A stretch of 64,000 bases of DNA. It comes from Mayamaea pseudoterrestris. Lineage: Eukaryota. Below are positions 22,479 to 34,164 of this stretch, piece after piece (the stretch's first letter is position 1; each line of letters starts with the position of its first letter). The translations under genes were made by a program, and so were the position numbers. Location of the stretch: assembly GCA_027923505.1 (NCBI GenBank), contig BROI01000009.1, positions 1 through 64,000 of the forward strand, written 5' to 3'. The notes under the pieces are model-generated. The model was not told the DNA's origin, ran no database searches, and was given only the letters and a program-made list of their open reading frames with translations.

Positions 22479-24620
22479 CTACGGGGACGGCACGGACTGG
22501 CACCAGGCCACCAAGCGCGCCGTCTCAGTCGGCGTGTGGGGGCCATGGTCGGCGCGGCGTGCGCACGCTGTCGTGCAACTGCCTCGTACATGGTAGGTTA
22601 GACACATCGGCGTGCCGTCGTCGCGTACCGGGAAAGCGCCGCGTCCGGCCGTGATGTTCCCAATGCGGAAATTCGGCTCCTGGGCGTTGCGAAAGGCAAG
22701 GAGTTCCGGAGGTGTGTCGGCCGCCGGGAGGGCCTCGCGCGTGCCGCCTCCGCCGCCGCCGCCTGCGCCGCCGCCTTGCGTGCCGCTTGAGCCTGGAGCG
22801 GCACCGCCGTTGCGCGGCGCGCCGCCACCTTGCGACGCTCCCGTGCGGGTGCCCGTTCCCCTTGTCGAAAGTGTCGAGTCGTCCGAGGGTCCGCCGTCGA
22901 CGATGCCTCCCCGCGCCCCAGGTGTGCGCGGACCGAGGCCCGGCAGCTCGAGGTCGTACCAGCTGCGGTCTTGGTAGTTCCACATGCGGAGGAGACTGAG
23001 AAGCGCTGGCGCTGTCGTGTCCCGCGCTCCATCCGCCAAGTCGCGAAGGAAGTGGCCGACACGGATCTGGATCCAACGCATCGCCTTGCTTGGACCTTTT
23101 TCAATGCGGCCGAGGTAGCCTTCGTAGTCGTGCTCCTTCTCTCGGTACATTACCATGAACGTGTCGACTGTTACCGTGAGCGTGTGCGTCGCCCCTAGTA
23201 CCTGCTTGAGTACCTTGAGGTAGGCTTCCATCTGCGAGCGGAACTGAGTCGGGGTGTTCGGGGCGAAGATCTTGCGATTCGCCTCGCGGAACGAGCGGGC
23301 GTCGCGCAAGTCCACGGAGCCCCCTTCAAAGACCAGTTGGTGGTCTTCCACGTTGGCTTGGATCTCGGCCGTTCGAGTCGATGCTGAGTTTGTGCTGGTG
23401 TCGAGCGTGGCGACGATAAACGGCTGGAGGCCTTGCGTCAGGTCGTTGATGTTGTCGGGCGCGAGCGCGACGTGCTTGAGGAGGCTCAAGTGCGCTGGCG
23501 TGGCGATGGGGCGGCAGCCTGGTCCGCCCGACTGGCGGTAGGCGTCGGCCAAGTTGTTCAATGCGTTGGCGCTGGTGCTACCCGCGAGGACCGCCCAGAT
23601 AGGCGGCCACGCGTCGCTGTCGTCCGTTCCCAGTAGGCGCCCCAGCAAGTTCATGCCGCCTACGCCGAACGTCTTGGTGAGTTGCGTCGCGGGGTCCGTG
23701 TCGTCTTTGCGTGATGCGCTGCGTTCTTGAGCGAGGAGCGTCATCAGTCGGATGCTGTCGATTGGTGCTTGAGGCGGCGCCGGCAGCGGAAGGTACATGC
23801 GATGCACGGCGACACGCTGCTCGGCGAGGGATTGCGTCATCAGCACTGGCACTGGCGGCGGCGCCAAGGCGAGCGACGCCGGTCGATTGTTCCGCTCCGA
23901 CGTGGCGCAGACAAGGAGAAAGTCGAGTAGTTCGCGATAATTGTCAACTTGGTCGAGCGCTCGCGCGCGATGCAACACGGTGCGGTAGGCCTTGGCGGGT
24001 TCGTAGTCGTGATCCATCAGAAGCTCCACCAGCTCGTGCTGCAAGTAGCACGTGCGTCGCACTCGCGCCACGCGTCCCGGAAGCGGGTCGCCGACCGAAC
24101 CGTCATCCACGAATCCCGGGTCTTGGAGTACGCAGTTGCCTAGCATGCCGGTCCAGTCGTGGTCGTCCCACCAGGCGCACGCGATGTCGTCGGTCGTTGG
24201 GATCGTCTCGTTCGGTAGGGCGTCGAAATCGCGTTCCACGATGCGTACACAGTGCCCTTGGCCGGCGACGAGGTCGCCCAGCGTGGCGTAGACTCGCCCG
24301 TCGAGGGGCGTCATGACGAGGCCTGCGACGTACTGCTGAAAGCCAGTGTAAACCTTGATCGTCCCGATCGTGTCGCCTGGTTCCGTGCGATGGTAACGGA
24401 TGTAAGCGCCGGCGCGCGTCGGAGGCACGCTGACGATTCGTTCGAGAATGTCAGCGCCGTCGTAGTCGTGGACAAGTGGGTCGAGCTGCTCGATCCACGC
24501 GCGGCTGTTGCCGCGAAGGGCGTCGTTGGTCGGCGAGGCGAAGAAGTCGAGGAGCGAGGCGTTGGTCGAGATGCCGGCGGGGCCCCCAATGGCGTGAGGG
24601 ACAGGAGGAGCGTCAGCCAT
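22479..24620 (-). CDS. Element 2 gag-like ORF
   Basis: 713 aa from ATG; Gly-rich linker then CCCH-type finger CLTYHVRGSCTTACARRADH. Confidence 0.85.
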   Translation of the reverse strand: MADAPPVPHAIGGPAGISTNASLLDFFASPTNDALRGNSRAWIEQLDPLVHDYDGADILERIVSVPPTRAGAYIRYHRTEPGDTIGTIKVYTGFQQYVAGLVMTPLDGRVYATLGDLVAGQGHCVRIVERDFDALPNETIPTTDDIACAWWDDHDWTGMLGNCVLQDPGFVDDGSVGDPLPGRVARVRRTCYLQHELVELLMDHDYEPAKAYRTVLHRARALDQVDNYRELLDFLLVCATSERNNRPASLALAPPPVPVLMTQSLAEQRVAVHRMYLPLPAPPQAPIDSIRLMTLLAQERSASRKDDTDPATQLTKTFGVGGMNLLGRLLGTDDSDAWPPIWAVLAGSTSANALNNLADAYRQSGGPGCRPIATPAHLSLLKHVALAPDNINDLTQGLQPFIVATLDTSTNSASTRTAEIQANVEDHQLVFEGGSVDLRDARSFREANRKIFAPNTPTQFRSQMEAYLKVLKQVLGATHTLTVTVDTFMVMYREKEHDYEGYLGRIEKGPSKAMRWIQIRVGHFLRDLADGARDTTAPALLSLLRMWNYQDRSWYDLELPGLGPRTPGARGGIVDGGPSDDSTLSTRGTGTRTGASQGGGAPRNGGAAPGSSGTQGGGAGGGGGGGTREALPAADTPPELLAFRNAQEPNFRIGNITAGRGAFPVRDDGTPMCLTYHVRGSCTTACARRADHGPHTPTETARLVAWCQSVPSP

Positions 24621-24627
24621 GGTAGCC

Positions 24628-24846
24628 TGAAGCTTATGAGACTATCTAATGAAGTACTGGAACTGCTTGACTCGGATGTCTGCAGTTGACTTCGTGCAAC
24701 AGAATGAGGAGACGAGAATCGACGTCGCGAGGCTTTCGCCGCGCGGAGCGTAGTAAGGCGGTATCAGGTAAAGTCTCGAGTAGGTGCATGTGCTTCTTGG
24801 TGTTCAATTGTCCGGTGCGGCTTTCTTCCCCCTGCACCGGAATGAC
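24628..24846 (-). repeat. Element 2 repeat A1 (219 bp), 5' end
   Basis: Copy of 18511-18729; ends 8 bp before the gag ATG at 24620. Confidence 0.96.
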
Positions 24847-24922
24847 TCCCATTCCTTTGGTTAGCTTGCCGACCTTGTTGTTGTCTAGCAAGCTCTCTGT
24901 TGTTTGTCCCACCCACCCACCC

Positions 24923-25133
24923 GGGTTGTGGCGAATCCTCCTCACAGGATTCGCTCCAGTCATCATTGATGACGTGGTTGTTGCTCCAGGGACCCGGAGT
25001 TTGCACTCCGAGTCCACATAGCAAATGCAACCACAGGACATCGCTGCCGACTTTGGGCAGCTGGCCGGGCGCAGCCTAGCACGCGGAAGGAAACAGCCGA
25101 GCGACGGAGGGCAATCTGCACTTGTGCTGATTG
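24923..25133 (+). repeat. Element 1 terminal repeat B2' (211 bp)
   Basis: Matches B1'; unrelated sequence (ctaatcg...) follows 25133. Confidence 0.95.
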
Positions 25134-25244
25134 CTAATCGTATGTAAACTACGGGCGGTCCCATTGACGATAGTCAGCCGCCAAAGGATCGCCTTGTATC
25201 AGACTCTGTAGTACAATAATCACTACTCCAATCGATCAGCAGCC

Positions 25245-25862
25245 ATGACGAGCAGCTGTCTCTTCCTTTCCTTGACAATTTTCCTTGCAGCAGCGGCAGC
25301 AGTCGCGCACGGGTTTTCCGCACGTTTGGCGTCGACTCGACCACTCGACAGTCGACAGCTGCCGTCGCAAGCAGTAGAGTCACTATCATTTCTCGAGGCA
25401 TTGTCGTCTAGTACAACCGTTGACGCTCCAACGAGAGAACGTACCGATCGTTCCTCTGCATCAGACGAGGATTCGTATGACGACGACATCGAGTATTATG
25501 GCAACGATGAATTAGAGTACAATATCGACTTGGCAGTGTCACGCGAGCTACATGATCCCTACCATATTCTGTTGCTTGGAACCACCTTTGAAAAGCCAAA
25601 GATCACCATTCCCTACGTGTCTAGTAGCTTGGAGTACGTGCTCAACATGCCGGAACTGGAAGCCAAGGATTTGAGCAAGTTTGCGCAGGAGCAAGGCTTG
25701 TCGTGCCTTGGAACTTGGACGAGGGAGGAATGCTTGAGTCTGGGGCGCAAGCTGCAGCTGCGCGACTTGGTTTGTCGCGTCGTTCCGTACACGGTTGGAG
25801 GACAGCGAGGATGGCAAGCTAAGAATGCCAATGAAGAATTGGGAAGGGTATCGTCTGATTGA
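25245..25862 (+). CDS. Plastid-targeted ClpS-like adaptor protein
   Basis: Signal peptide ending VAHG-F, Ser/Arg-rich transit region, then PYHILLL...YVSSSLEYVLNMPELEAKDLSKFAQEQGLSCLGTWTREEC, resembling the ClpS core. Confidence 0.65.
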   Translation: MTSSCLFLSLTIFLAAAAAVAHGFSARLASTRPLDSRQLPSQAVESLSFLEALSSSTTVDAPTRERTDRSSASDEDSYDDDIEYYGNDELEYNIDLAVSRELHDPYHILLLGTTFEKPKITIPYVSSSLEYVLNMPELEAKDLSKFAQEQGLSCLGTWTREECLSLGRKLQLRDLVCRVVPYTVGGQRGWQAKNANEELGRVSSD

Positions 25863-27380
25863 CAATTGACAGTACTGTAGTGAATGATTTATATGATTTT
25901 TTGAATGAAATAGAGTAGGTAGCAAGTAGTTAGCAGGATGATGATTGTCATATTAGCGTGCAGGAGCGGAAGAGTACAGTACTACCTCAATTGACAGCGT
26001 TACGCATGCAACTATAGTATGCATTCCGAGAGAGTTAAATGTTTTGACGTGGCTCGACAGGCAAGAGGACAATGAGTTTGCCCCATTTTGTCGCGCCCTA
26101 CTCGTCTGCAGCTCACTTGTAGCGCCTTCGTTCCGTTCGATTGGCTAAAATGATTAGTATTGCCGCGTCGAAACCTGCGCTTGTCAAAGAGAAAGGGGAA
26201 GGCAACGCCACAGCAGGAGTCCTTCCCCAACATTCCGTCAGCCAAAAAACCATTTGATCGCTCTGGATGACATTTTTAATGCATCATACCTTACGACGTC
26301 GGCAATATGCATGACTGGCGCATTAAAAGAAGCTGCATGTCATCAGCCGCTCGATGATATTCGAGTCAAACGAGCGCCATGTATTTGTAGCGCGCCCGAA
26401 TCAACCGGACAGCCGTCGTAGCATTGAAAGTTCCATGATCAGTTTGCTTTTCACTAGTCGCGTTTTAATTGGTTGCTGCATACAAACTGAAAGGAAAGTT
26501 CAAGCGTCGGTTAAACTGCACGGAAGCCTCGTCGAGCAAGCAGGCGTACAGTATTTGCTCCAGCGACAAGCAGTCAAGCATCGCCTTAAAAACATTTCGT
26601 CGTATAAAGCATCGGGAAGCGCATTCTAAATGTCGCTGAGGAATGGCAGACTTTTGTCTTCGTTTTTCAAGGATTCAGTCATGCAAATAATGTTCGTCAA
26701 CAGCGGCCGTCTCATCAAGTTTCGAATTTCCGACAAAATGTGCGTACCACTCGCCCACTACGTCCTTGGAATCTCTCGAACTGATGCTGCAGTGTCATCA
26801 ATGCAAGCGTAGAAACCCGCTATAGACAAGCCGAATGAAAGTGTTTCGGCAGTGGTTGTTACTGACGACGTGACGGCGAGCGACGAGCGATGTAATGGAG
26901 TTGCGTTTAATGTACAGTACAGTACATATTCATCCAGCCATTCTGACTCCACTACCAGGTTCATTCCATTCGTTCATTTTTTCAAGTAGTTGCTATGGTG
27001 GAGCCTATAGTGAGGCATCGAACCTAGTAGCCATTTTCCTCGTCATTCGTCATGGTGAAGCGTGAAAGAACGAAAGGCGCGGATCGACCGAAACTTTGTC
27101 TTTTCATTCACGCATAAAATATGCGTCATCCGCAACGGTCATTATCCTCAAACCTTATCTACGTTAAACAGTCATTCAGATCTTGGCAAAGATCTTCGGT
27201 CGGGTCATCGCACGACGTTTGATGGCATGATTGTTCAAGACTCGACCGTCTTGTTGTTAAGGGAGTTTCGACCACATCTTGGACAACGACGACGAGACGA
27301 GCAATAAAGTCATCCAGCTGCAGTCTCTTGTAGCACTACTACTCGTACTCGACACTATACACTAGCAACTTTTTGCAATC

Positions 27381-30300
27381 ATGGGAGGCGGCGGAAAGGA
27401 CGACAAGCAAGCCTCGTACGTGTTCATCCATGACCCCGACTATGCCTGGCGACCGGCCTTGATGACGGGTCAGCAGGGCGACCATGCCATTTGCGTCGTT
27501 CCGGAATACAAGAATGAAGAAACCATGGACTGCGATGGTGGAAGAGCCGGCAAAATGGGTGATCCAATCAAGGTCAACCTCAAGGATTATCCGCACAAAG
27601 TCTTGCCGCTGCAAAATGTTGACTCGAATGGAAACTTGATCGAGTTTTCAGACATGGTCAAGCTTCCGTACCTGCATGAGGTAAGTGAATGCCGTGAATG
27701 GTTTGTTGCGAGTGGAATAGTCTACGCGAGCGAGCGACTGCTCGAAGGATGGATGTCTCGGCTCTGACTCGTCGCTCGTCGTTGCAATCGGTCACACTGT
27801 CGCTCACTCTACATCCTTTCATCACTTTCCAGGCCGCCATTCTCTACAACATGAAGCGCCGTCACAAGGAAGGCAAGCCATACACGCGGACTGGTGACAT
27901 TGTCATTGCCGTCAATCCCTTCCAGTGGTTCACCGAGCTCTACACGGAGAAGAAGCGCACCTACTACTCGCATCGTCTCGTTTGGGAGGAGCACGAGAAT
28001 GATCCTCGCGATGGTATGGAGCCTCACGTTTACGAGATTTCCTCACTCTCGTACAAGGGACTGGCCTTTGAAGGAGTCAACCAAAGCATTCTCGTCTCGG
28101 GAGAATCGGGTGCCGGCAAGACGGAAACTGTCAAGATTGCCATGAGTCACATTGCCTCCGTCCAGCAAGGCCCCAAGAAACTCAACGCAGGAACGCTCGA
28201 CCAGCTCGATCCCGTTGTGCAGCGTGTCGTTCAAAGTAATCCATTGTTGGAAGCCTTTGGTAACGCCAGCACGCGCCGCAACGACAATTCCAGTCGCTTC
28301 GGCAAGTACTTGCAGCTTCAATTTGACCATTCGACGGTCAATTCGTCCAATCGCGGCGATCGCACCAAGTCGCACTGCACCTTGGCGGGAAGCAAGTGTG
28401 ACGTTTACTTGCTCGAGAAGAACCGCGTGGTGGGGCACGACCCGGATGAGCGAACCTACCACATTTTCTACCAACTCATTGCGGCGCCCGAAGACAAAAA
28501 GGCAGCCTTTTGGCCAAAGCTCAAGGGCACAACCAACAAGTCCTTTAAGTACGTGCAGGATACGCAAATTAAAAAGATTGAAGGCTTGACGGATGCGGAA
28601 CACTTTGAAAAGACTTGCGAAACATTGGAGCTGGTCGGCGTGAGCGGATCCAAGCTGCGCAGTCTGTTTCGTGCCATTGCTGTCGTCATGCAGTGCGGAA
28701 ACTTGACCTTTGGCGGCGACAAGGACAAGTCGCATGTTACTTCCAAGCCCGAGCTCAAGGATCTGGCCGAGTTGATGGAAGTTTCCGAGGAGGACTTGAC
28801 GCTGGCCTTTACGGAGCGCACCATGAAGACGCGAACCGAAACCTACAAGGTTCCTCTTGGTGTAGACGCAGCCAAGGATGCGACGGATGCCTTTGCGAAG
28901 GAAGTCTACGGCAAGGTTTTTCTTTGGCTCGTTCAGGAAATTAACGCGGCAACGCGCGCCCAGGACAACTACAAGAATGGGTCCATGGCTGGGTACGACT
29001 ATGGCATCATAGGTCTATTGGATATCTTTGGATTTGAGTCGTTTGTCACCAACCGCTTTGAGCAGCTTTGCATTAACTACGCTAATGAAAAGCTCCAAGC
29101 CAAATTTACGGAAGACGTATTTCGGGCCGTCCAGCTTGAGTATGAAGCGGAAGGCATTGCCTTGGCGGAAATCACCTACGACGACAATACCGACGTTTTG
29201 GATCTCATTGAGGGTCGGACGGGCTTGCTTGCTATGTTGAACGAGGAATGTGTTCGCCCAGGCGGTAATGATGAAGGCTTTGTTCAAAAAGCATTGGCAC
29301 AAAACTCCAAGTCGCCTTGCTTGATCGTCAACAAGCACGACCGCATGGCGTTTGGCGTCCACCACTATGCTGGAAAGGTCATGTACACGGCTGCTGAATT
29401 TGTTTCGCGCAACCAAGACACCCTTCCAACGGATCTGGAAGAAATCGGTGCCAAATCAAAGAATGAGCTCGTGTCCGCCAAGATTGAGGTGGAAGCGGAA
29501 ACGGCACCTGCATCGTCGGATGGCAAGCGAGCGGCGCCCAAGCGTCAGAAGAGTAACCTTGTTGCGCCGACTGTCTGGGGCAAGTACAAGACTCAACTCG
29601 CATCGCTCATGAGCAACCTGCGAACCACCAACTCACGCTACATTCGTTGCGTCAAGCCCAACATGCGCAAGGTTCCGATTGTCATGGAGCATGTTCCAAC
29701 CGTCGAACAGCTTCGCTGCGCTGGTGTCGTTGCTGCCGTGACGCTTGCTCGGTCCGCCTTTCCCAACCGACTGGACAATCCATCGGTTCGCTTCCGCTAC
29801 GGTGGAATGTGGGACAAGAGTAAGGTTCGTTCTGAAAAGACTGCTGGCATGTCAGCCGAGGAAGGCCAACGAGCGGATTGCGCTGCCATTTTGACAAGTG
29901 CATTGAGCGAAAAGGTGTTCAAGAACGACAAAGGCGACGTCATCAAGGCTTTTGTCGTCGGTAAGACCAAATGCTTCTTCCGAGCCGGTGTGCTGGAGTA
30001 TCTCGAATCAAATCGCAAGTCGGGACTTGATGGGCAAGCCATTACGATTCAGCGCTTTGGACGAGGATGGTTGACTCGCAAGAACATGGGCAAGGCTCTC
30101 CAAGAGAATGTTGAAAAGGAGCGCATGGAACGCGAAGCCAGAGAAGCTGCGGAGGCCGCCGAGCGGGAGCAAATCGAGTCCGAAAAGGCGGCGCGCGAGC
30201 AGCATTTTAAGTCTGAGCGCTCAACCTACGAAGGCCAGATCCAGAATTTAAAGAAGCAAATGGAGGAGGCAGATCGCGACTTTAAGAAGCACCTCGCCGA

Positions 30301-30871
30301 CGCAAAGGAGCGCAAGGAGCTTCTCGAGAAAAAGATTGACGAGCTCAAGGAAGAAACCGGCGAGGAAGCGCGAAAGCGAGTCATGGAGCCAAAGAAGATC
30401 CAAGCGACGCAAAAGAAGAAGCTCGAGGAGCAGGCCAAGCTCATTGACATGCTTAAGAAGGAGAACAAGAAAGCTCGCAAGGAATTTGAAAAATGGGACG
30501 ACAAGTTTGAAATCGTCAAGAAAAATAACGACAAGCTTGTCAAGGCGAATGAGGAAGCTGGTAACGAATTTGAGACCATTGACGGCAACGCTTCCAAGGT
30601 ACATGAAAAGAATGAAAAGCTATTGGACGACCTCGACAAGGCCAAGTCTGACAACAAACGCATGAAGGACGAGTGCTCGCAGCGACAGGACGACTACATG
30701 ACGCAAGCTGAGACGCGTTTGGAGTACCAGAAGACGATGGCACGCATCTTGAACATGATTCAAGACACCTGCAAAGACTCCAGTTTAATCGAGGACACTG
30801 TTTGTGTTGCTCTTGAGTGCGAAGCCGAGGCAAAGACTGTCATGGCCGAGCTCGAAGCAGCGACGGAATAA
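27381..30871 (+). CDS. Myosin heavy chain, two exons (intron 27681-27832)
   Basis: GESGAGKTE P-loop, LEAFGNA, NDNSSRFGK, LDIFGFE, YIRCVKPN; one IQ-like motif; coiled-coil tail. GTAAGT...TTCCAG intron joins LPYLHE|AAILYN. Confidence 0.96.
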
Positions 30872-31002
30872 GTACGCAGTGGCTTGAATCATTTATGTTT
30901 CCGCATTAATGCGATCAGTTTTAATAGCAAACCAGTTGACAATGTTTCTCATTCTACATAATGTTTATTCATTCGTATGCTACGTTGTCGTACAAGAAAT
31001 CG

Positions 31003-34000
31003 TTAACTATGGTGGCGACGTTTCTTGGACCCAGTCATGCCATTCTGCTTGCCATGTTTTGCCTTCTTCTGGATTTTTGTCGCAGCTCGCTTGTCACTCT
31101 TCATACGCTTGTCGACTTGTTTCGTTCCCGCCTTGGATGTACTGGAGCCACGCCCCTTTTTCGCAACAACGTATGTCTTGCTAGGCCGCTTGACTTCCTT
31201 GCCACGCAATGCCTTGCTGATAGCTTTCAACTTCATTGCGTCAGACAACTCGGACGAATTTGCGATACCTTCGGCTTGCTTCTTTGCCGCTGCAAGCTTT
31301 GTCTTTGCTCGACGGTTCTTTCGGGCGCGAGCTTCGGCCACTTTTTGAATAGGCTTTTGCGACAAGGCGATCATCTTCTCCTTCATCTTTGCCAAAAGAG
31401 CCGGCGGAATAGGCAACTGTGGTCTGTAATGCTTGTTTTCGTCGTCAACAAACCACTCGGGAAGTTCCTCTGGATCGTTCCATGCGTAACGATTGTAAGA
31501 AGCGTCCACAAATGCCTTTTCTTTGCTTCGACGAAGCAACATTGTACCGAGAGCAAGTGTACGAGCATAATCATCGCTGTCGTAATCTTCATGGTCGCTA
31601 TCGTACTTGCGTGCGTCCATGACGGGCAAAGGGCGATCCATTTCCACAACCTGAGGCACAATCTCCATGTCTGGGTCCTTTGATTCGACTTGGCCGATAC
31701 CCTTGCCGCCTAATCCAGCCTTGATTAACTCGTTGGCTTCCTTGATCTTCTTTTGCTGGGCCTCGCTCAAATGCTCGTACCTCCGGTCGACTTCATTCAG
31801 TGAAGCTTCGTCATCAGCGGCAGGCGCCAGCTGGAATTCACGCTCCTCCTCGTCCAAGTGCCGAGCTTTCTTGGCCATGCGACGTTCTTCGCGCTCCTTT
31901 GCTTTCATTCGACGCTCGTGACGCTTTTCCTTGTCCGTTTTTGGGATGGACGCGAGAACATCCTCCGCCGACAAGCCCACTTTCTTGCTTCCAGAGTGTC
32001 GACGAGCTCCCTCATCGTTTGAATCGTCCGACGAATCGTCATGCAAATGCGCATTCTTTGTTGTTTGCCTTCTTGTTGTTGCCGTCTCTGCCGCTTGGCC
32101 TATTGTTTGAAAAAGTGGATTGCTAAACCAACGGGCGGTCTTTGTCGAAGTTGGTTCCTCCGCAAACTTGTGGATCAAAGGATTGCTTTCGCAAACCTTC
32201 CTCTTTTTTACGCGAGATTGCTCGGCCGCGTATTCCTCCGGTGTCATGGGTGCTGCGTCGAATCCGTCTTCATCGTCCTCGGACAATGCATCATCGTCTT
32301 CGTCGGCACTATCATCCGGTCCTTGCAGCATTCTGGCATATGTCTTGGCGTCGTGATCAATGCCGGAAGGCGCGCTCAGCGCCATTTCTTGATCTTCGTC
32401 CACTTCCATTGCTAGCTTGAGCCGTTGCACCTTTTTCGACCGCTTGGCCATTTTGCTTTCGCTAGTGGCAGCCGAATTTCTTGTCGTCTGCATATACATT
32501 TCATACGCCGAGTCGAGCTCCTTTTCGCGTTTCAACAAGGCAAGCTCGTCCGCTTTCGAGTCGTCATCACTGTCATTGTCGTCACCTCCAACAATAATAT
32601 CATCATCCGAGTCACCAAACACCTGCTCGTCCGTGACTTGGTCGAGGTTGACTTCCGAAACAGCCTCCAAGTGACCATGCGAAGTAAGCGTCGCCAAGGA
32701 AAAAATCTGATCATGCTCTGGAACATCAATGGCATTGAGATCCATGCCCATGGCAGCGTGTCGACGCCGCTTACCCGCCAGTGCGCGTTCCTTCTTTTTG
32801 CGCCGCTTGGCTTCGCGCATGCGTCGCTCACGAATCTTGGCAATCTCGCCCGAAATGGCTTGCTCCTCCTTTTCCGAGTCGTCGTCATCCGATGCTTCAT
32901 CCGACTCGACGTCATGGTCCATGGCGGCAGTGTCACTCTTGCCTCGAGTGCCTTCCTTTTGGCGCTCCTTGGCCGCTTGAAGTGCTTCCTGCATGTTGGT
33001 ACGCCACGTCAAAAGAACTTTAAAGTCCTTCTTGTTGAGGACTTGCAAATCAATGACACTTTCCTTAATTTCCGACGTTGTCAATGGATGATGAAGGTAA
33101 AACGGACAAGAACACTTCTTGGTTTCATCCGCCGCATCCGACACACTCGCACCACTAACATCCTTGCACTGCTCGCAGGTGAACGTCATGCCCGTACTGG
33201 AGCTCAATATCTGAATGGCATCCTTCATAGTCTCCGACGCCACAAAGTCATGTACGCTCGTAATATGCCGCATCGTGGCATCGTAATGCTCCATGTCGTA
33301 TCCCTGTCGCTGCCGTTGCTTCTTGGTATCAAAGTTCTTGTTGAAGACGCTCAAGGCCGTCGCGTTCAAATTGCCTCCACCGGACGAGTCACCCTCCACA
33401 CTAGCAAAGACATGCTTTGGGTCCAAAAACTTGGGGTCAAGCTTGCTGGGCGCTTTATATTGCTGCGCAATGAGAAAAATCTCGGCCGACTGCGCGCGCG
33501 ACGCCTTTGGTTTGAGCGCACTCACATTCTCAAACAGCTGCTGCAGCACCCAGTGATACGAGGCGTAGTCACGTGAGCGATAAATCTTGGTAATGAATGT
33601 TCCTCCCGCCTGCAAGTGCTGCGTCGCGCACCGGAGCGCGTAGAGTGAAATCTCGTTTTGCTCGTAGGCATCCTTGGCGTAGTCGGCGCCAATGTTGGGG
33701 GCGCCGTCGTGCAAGACGACATCGACGGAGCGTCCCTGCAGCGCTCGTTTAATGTCAGCGCGACACTTGTCCGTGGTAATGTCGCCAAGTAGCGTCGTGA
33801 CGTGTGGAACGGAACGAATGGGAAGAATATCAACGGCGACGATCAAAACGTCGTTCGGACAAGTGCGTCGGGCAATCTGCGTCCATCCACCGGGAGCTGC
33901 ACACAGATCCAAGACGGCCGATTGACACTTTTCAAGTACAGGAAACTTGCGGTTAATTTGGGTTAGTTTAAAGGCGGCTCGGGATCGAAGGCCTTGCTCC

Positions 34001-34164
34001 TTGGCCACTGCAGAAGTAGGCGAGTTGGATGGAAAATGTGAGACAAGAAGTCTTTCGCTCAGACGATGTTTATCACGAAGCAATCAATCAATATTGCTAC
34101 ACGTACATCGATAGTACTTGTCCTTGTCATGAAACTTTTTGCGCTTGGTAGAGCCAGCCGCCAT
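31003..34164 (-). CDS. SPB1: Pre-rRNA 2'-O-methyltransferase SPB1/FTSJ3 (intron 34008-34106)
   Basis: Splicing gives DKYYRLAKEQGLRSRAAFKL; VLDLCAAPGGW, HDGAPNIG, KPKASR and the C-terminal Spb1 domain (DASYNRYAW, KVAEARARK) are present. Confidence 0.95.

Larger units (their letters stand above)
18362..24846 (-). mobile_element. Element 2: complete Ngaro-like YR retrotransposon, about 6.5 kb
   Basis: Minus-strand order: A1 (24846-24628), gag, RT-RNase H, YR, B1 (18859-18729), A2 (18729-18511), 18-bp spacer, B2 (18492-18362). All three ORFs are open. Confidence 0.95.
8806..25133 (+). mobile_element. Element 1: YR retrotransposon (DIRS order, split-direct-repeat type), 5'-truncated, interrupted by element 2
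   Basis: ORF order is gag-like, RT-RNase H, then overlapping YR. A 211-bp repeat downstream of YR (16606-16816, 17986-18196) recurs at the right end (24923-25133). No 5' A repeat is visible next to the satellite. Confidence 0.88.

Noticed and set aside
19881..24689. Long plus-strand ORFs antisense to element 2
   Set aside because: Expected in GC-rich coding DNA; no motifs.
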